Positions 61,047 through 64,000 of a stretch of DNA of 64,000 bases are shown in pieces. The notes below the pieces were generated by a model that worked only from the letters and a program-made list of their open reading frames with translations, did not search any database and had not been told where the DNA came from. The translations under genes and the position numbers were made by a program. The stretch lies in IMG/VR virus record IMGVR_UViG_3300011912_000001; one strand, 5' to 3'. The stretch comes from an uncultured virus (IMG/VR IMGVR_UViG_3300011912_000001) (lineage: Duplodnaviria; Heunggongvirae; Uroviricota; Caudoviricetes). Position 1 is the first letter of the stretch. The number at the start of each line of letters is the position of its first letter.

Positions 61047-63100
61047 TGAGTATTCAAAACAGTCGATTGGAACAAGCAACAGAACGTATCTTAAAAGAAG
61101 AATTACAAAAAGGAAACTTGCCGACGTCTAAAGAATTTGCGTGGCGTCTCAGTGAATACCTGAATGAACAAGACCTGAGCCGTCCAGAGTTCGTCTTCCG
61201 TTCTGTTAAGAATGGAACGCTTGCCTATGCGAGTAAGTACAATGCTGACTTTCAACGCATCTACAATGACCTCAGCATCTTGTATAAGAACATGCAAGAA
61301 GTCCATGGGGCTTTAGGCAAACACTTCTCGAAGTTCGAGATTGAAAAAGACATCATCGAAAAAGAAATCTTTCAGATTGAAAACAATCTACGAGAAAAGA
61401 TTTTGATGTATGCCCAAGGGGGATTCTTAACGGCAGTCTTCGATGTCTTCGATGACTTCAGCAAAATCGATAAAGCGGCGACAGAAAACTTACTTGTGGA
61501 TACAAAGAACCATGAAGTCCGATTGGCAGAAGAGTTGTCTCTTTCTGAACGCATTGGAGCACCAGCGAAGACGACATTCAAAATCATTAGTAACGTCGAG
61601 AAGAAGCAAACGACGTTGAATGGAAAAATTGAAGACATTCATGAACCCTTTGCCGATAAGAACTGGCAACAGTTGATTCAAACGAAAGAGAAAACACAAT
61701 TGACAGGGGAACTCGTATTCGATTTTGAAGGTCAAGTTGAACTGAATCAATTGGTTGTCAATTTCATCAACATCAAACCCATAAATGTCCAAGTGTTATA
61801 TACACCTGACAACATCAACTGGGTTCCGTTCTCCTATCATGAGCAAGCGTTTGACACAGCGACAGGCTTTGATATCACCTTCCCTAGTGCGAGCGTCCGT
61901 AAAATCAAAGTGACGATTAAAAAGGAAGAGTTCGATGAACAAGTCCCGGATGTAGAGAACTATGATTACCGGTATATTTTTGGAATTCGAAAAGTGGAAA
62001 TGCGCCACCTTCGTTTCCCAGAAAACGGAGTCTTCCAAAGCACTCCACTGAAAGTAGAAGGTCCAGCCAACTATGCGATTAATAAAGTGGCACTCGATGT
62101 CATTGAAGTGTTACCGACAGGAACGGATATCTTCTATGAAGTCGCACTCGCTTCAGAGAATCCAGACTGGCGGGGCATCAGTCCATTGAAACGAGAGAAC
62201 CCCGCTTTCCCTCAAATTGTAGATTTCCAAAACATCAGTCGAAGCAAACCGACGACGATGCAAATCGGAACGGACTTGTCCGTCAATCAATACGAACTCC
62301 CAGAACTGAAAACGAATGGGATTAGTTTTTATAAGATTGGTGACGTCACCGGGCGTCAAATCATTGAAGGCTCAGAACGCCTATTCGTCGGACGGAATGC
62401 ATGGGAATGCAAGTACTTCGAAGGAGCAATCGAAGAGGGGCATATTCCTAGTTTAGAAGACTGGAAGAACCCACTCAATGAAGTCAAGTTTGAGTACGAG
62501 CAAATCGACGAGAGCCGCCGTAGCATGCTCTTTAAGAACAAGAAAGGTGTAGGTCCTGCTAACTACTACTGTCGTGCAGGAGTGCTCTATAATGGCGCAC
62601 AGAGCATCATCACGATGACGCCGTCGACGACAGAACCGATTGCTGTCTACATCAACGGTGAAAAGATTTATGAAGGGATTGGCGCCGGGAAAGCCAATGC
62701 TCAGTTCTTGCAAGGATGGAACGAAATCGTCGTCCTCGTCTACGGAGAAAACAAAGGAACGGTCAATGGGATGACGGTAGACTTAGGACTCGACTTACTA
62801 CGAGAGTTCGAGAACATGTATATTTCACCGACACCGATGACAAAAGTGGAATTGTTCGACCTCCGTTTCAATACGAAGATAAGCGACCGGAGCCGCTACA
62901 GCGTTCGCAAGACTGATACGAGCTATGAAGTGCTAATGAACTTTGCAGAGACGGGCTTGTTGTTTGACTTCTATTATGACTATGCGATTGATGGTAGCGA
63001 AGGCAGTAAGACGATTTTGTTACGGGCACGTTTCGTCAGAGAAGGGGACCAGACGGTACCGTCACCGGTCCTTAAAAAATACAGATTGCAATTCTCATAA
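61046..63100 (+). CDS. Putative virion structural protein (paralog family, PA14-like insert)
   Basis: YIFGIRKV, IFYEV..DWRGISP, VYINGE..LQGWNEI, SPVLKKYRL; TAATG coupling. Confidence 0.6.
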   Translation: MSIQNSRLEQATERILKEELQKGNLPTSKEFAWRLSEYLNEQDLSRPEFVFRSVKNGTLAYASKYNADFQRIYNDLSILYKNMQEVHGALGKHFSKFEIEKDIIEKEIFQIENNLREKILMYAQGGFLTAVFDVFDDFSKIDKAATENLLVDTKNHEVRLAEELSLSERIGAPAKTTFKIISNVEKKQTTLNGKIEDIHEPFADKNWQQLIQTKEKTQLTGELVFDFEGQVELNQLVVNFINIKPINVQVLYTPDNINWVPFSYHEQAFDTATGFDITFPSASVRKIKVTIKKEEFDEQVPDVENYDYRYIFGIRKVEMRHLRFPENGVFQSTPLKVEGPANYAINKVALDVIEVLPTGTDIFYEVALASENPDWRGISPLKRENPAFPQIVDFQNISRSKPTTMQIGTDLSVNQYELPELKTNGISFYKIGDVTGRQIIEGSERLFVGRNAWECKYFEGAIEEGHIPSLEDWKNPLNEVKFEYEQIDESRRSMLFKNKKGVGPANYYCRAGVLYNGAQSIITMTPSTTEPIAVYINGEKIYEGIGAGKANAQFLQGWNEIVVLVYGENKGTVNGMTVDLGLDLLREFENMYISPTPMTKVELFDLRFNTKISDRSRYSVRKTDTSYEVLMNFAETGLLFDFYYDYAIDGSEGSKTILLRARFVREGDQTVPSPVLKKYRLQFS

Positions 63101-63112
63101 GGAGGAAACCAG

Positions 63113-63859
63113 ATGCGTTTAGAAAAGAAGCACCGTCATTCGATTGAAAAAAAGAATGCTCCTTATCGAGGAGTCAGCGGAAAAGAAGATTTTGTTAACG
63201 GTACGATGGAGGTCATTCACGACCTCCTCGATATCGCTAACATCTCAGGAGAAAAAGGACACCGTAAAGCCATCACCGACCGGATGGACTTACTGGTAGC
63301 AGGAGAAGAAGGGGAACTCAGTTCTCGTTTCTATCAGACCGGTAAGATTTGCCGGGTTGAAGAATCGAGATTCAATACCGATTTAACGACGTGGACGAAA
63401 GTCAACAACACAACGGTGACTAAAAATGGAAAGTCGTTCCTTGTCAGCGAACAAGGGTTACTCGACCCAGCAGGGCTTCGTCTGAGCGTCGGTGTCCAGC
63501 CGGGAGACATCTATATGCTGTCGATGAAGATACGCCCTGTTAGTGGCAAAATCAATGAACTATCGTGGGGCGCGAGTCGTATCAACCTAGGAAATAAAGA
63601 TATGGAAAAGATTGATTTAACAGGTAAATCATCTGGAGTTTATCTAGACAAAAGGTTATATTGCCAACATAGAGAGCAAATGGAAATCGCCTTGTACTTG
63701 CATGACCTTCCGACGGCATTGGCGGCGACGGCAGTGGAGATTTCTGATTTTCATATCTATAAAGTCTATGAAGAAGAGATTAGTTTGAAGGGACTCGAAG
63801 TGGAGTCCAAGGTCGAATTAGAAGAAATGTCACAAATGATAAAATCATTGAAACAGTGA
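63113..63859 (+). CDS. Hypothetical protein
   Basis: 248 aa with RBS AAGGAGG; N-terminal N..YRG.S motif shared with the next gene. Confidence 0.6.
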   Translation: MRLEKKHRHSIEKKNAPYRGVSGKEDFVNGTMEVIHDLLDIANISGEKGHRKAITDRMDLLVAGEEGELSSRFYQTGKICRVEESRFNTDLTTWTKVNNTTVTKNGKSFLVSEQGLLDPAGLRLSVGVQPGDIYMLSMKIRPVSGKINELSWGASRINLGNKDMEKIDLTGKSSGVYLDKRLYCQHREQMEIALYLHDLPTALAATAVEISDFHIYKVYEEEISLKGLEVESKVELEEMSQMIKSLKQ

Positions 63860-63871
63860 GGAGGGATTGTC

Positions 63872-64000
63872 ATGGAATTACAAAGTATGAAAAATCGAAA
63901 CTTGTATCGAGGCCCTAGTAGCTCGACCGAATTCAACCAACGCATGAACGACTTGCATGTGGACTTGGCACGTATCTATGACTATGTCAACGAGAACGAA
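63872..64000 (+). CDS. Hypothetical structural protein (3'-truncated by window end)
   Basis: RBS GAGGAGG, then an open frame MELQSMKNRNLYRGPSSSTEFNQRMNDLHVDLARIYDYVNENE running to the end of the window. Confidence 0.7.
   Translation, partial: MELQSMKNRNLYRGPSSSTEFNQRMNDLHVDLARIYDYVNENE

Noticed and set aside
267..62916. Numerous short minus-strand and alternate-frame ORFs in the track
   Set aside because: They overlap long + strand genes and show no recognisable motifs; treated as shadow ORFs
1..64000. CRISPR array, tRNA or rRNA genes
   Set aside because: Intergenic gaps outside the intron are under ~100 nt, with no repeat-spacer or cloverleaf pattern recognised

Overview
This 64 kb window is almost entirely + strand coding. 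It looks like the virion tail/baseplate region of a large contractile-tailed phage (or phage-like element) of a Bacillota host, judging by GGAGG/GAGGTG ribosome-binding sites, gp25- and baseplate J-like genes, XkdX-like genes and peptidoglycan hydrolases. It opens inside a group I intron carrying an HNH/AP2-type homing endonuclease that interrupts a large membrane-spanning virion-type gene. The most notable gene encodes a ~2,520 aa protein with an N-terminal DEDDh (DnaQ-like) 3'-5' exonuclease and both motif sets of a two-barrel RNA polymerase (DG, K-x7-R, NRYPT, GDTDGD). It sits where a tape-measure gene would be expected, so it is a candidate virion-delivered RNA polymerase with a fused exonuclease. 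Next come a 2,539 aa nuclease/lysozyme-like/TM/hub-like protein, SLT-M23 and M15 peptidases, baseplate genes, modular fibre and receptor-binding proteins, two short XkdX genes missing from the ORF track, and a family of paralogous structural proteins. A recurring TTGnn-N15/16-GGTT(A/T) intergenic motif is a candidate phage late promoter, and GATC, CCWGG and GCWGC appear depleted. All calls come from reading motifs by eye; no database search was run.
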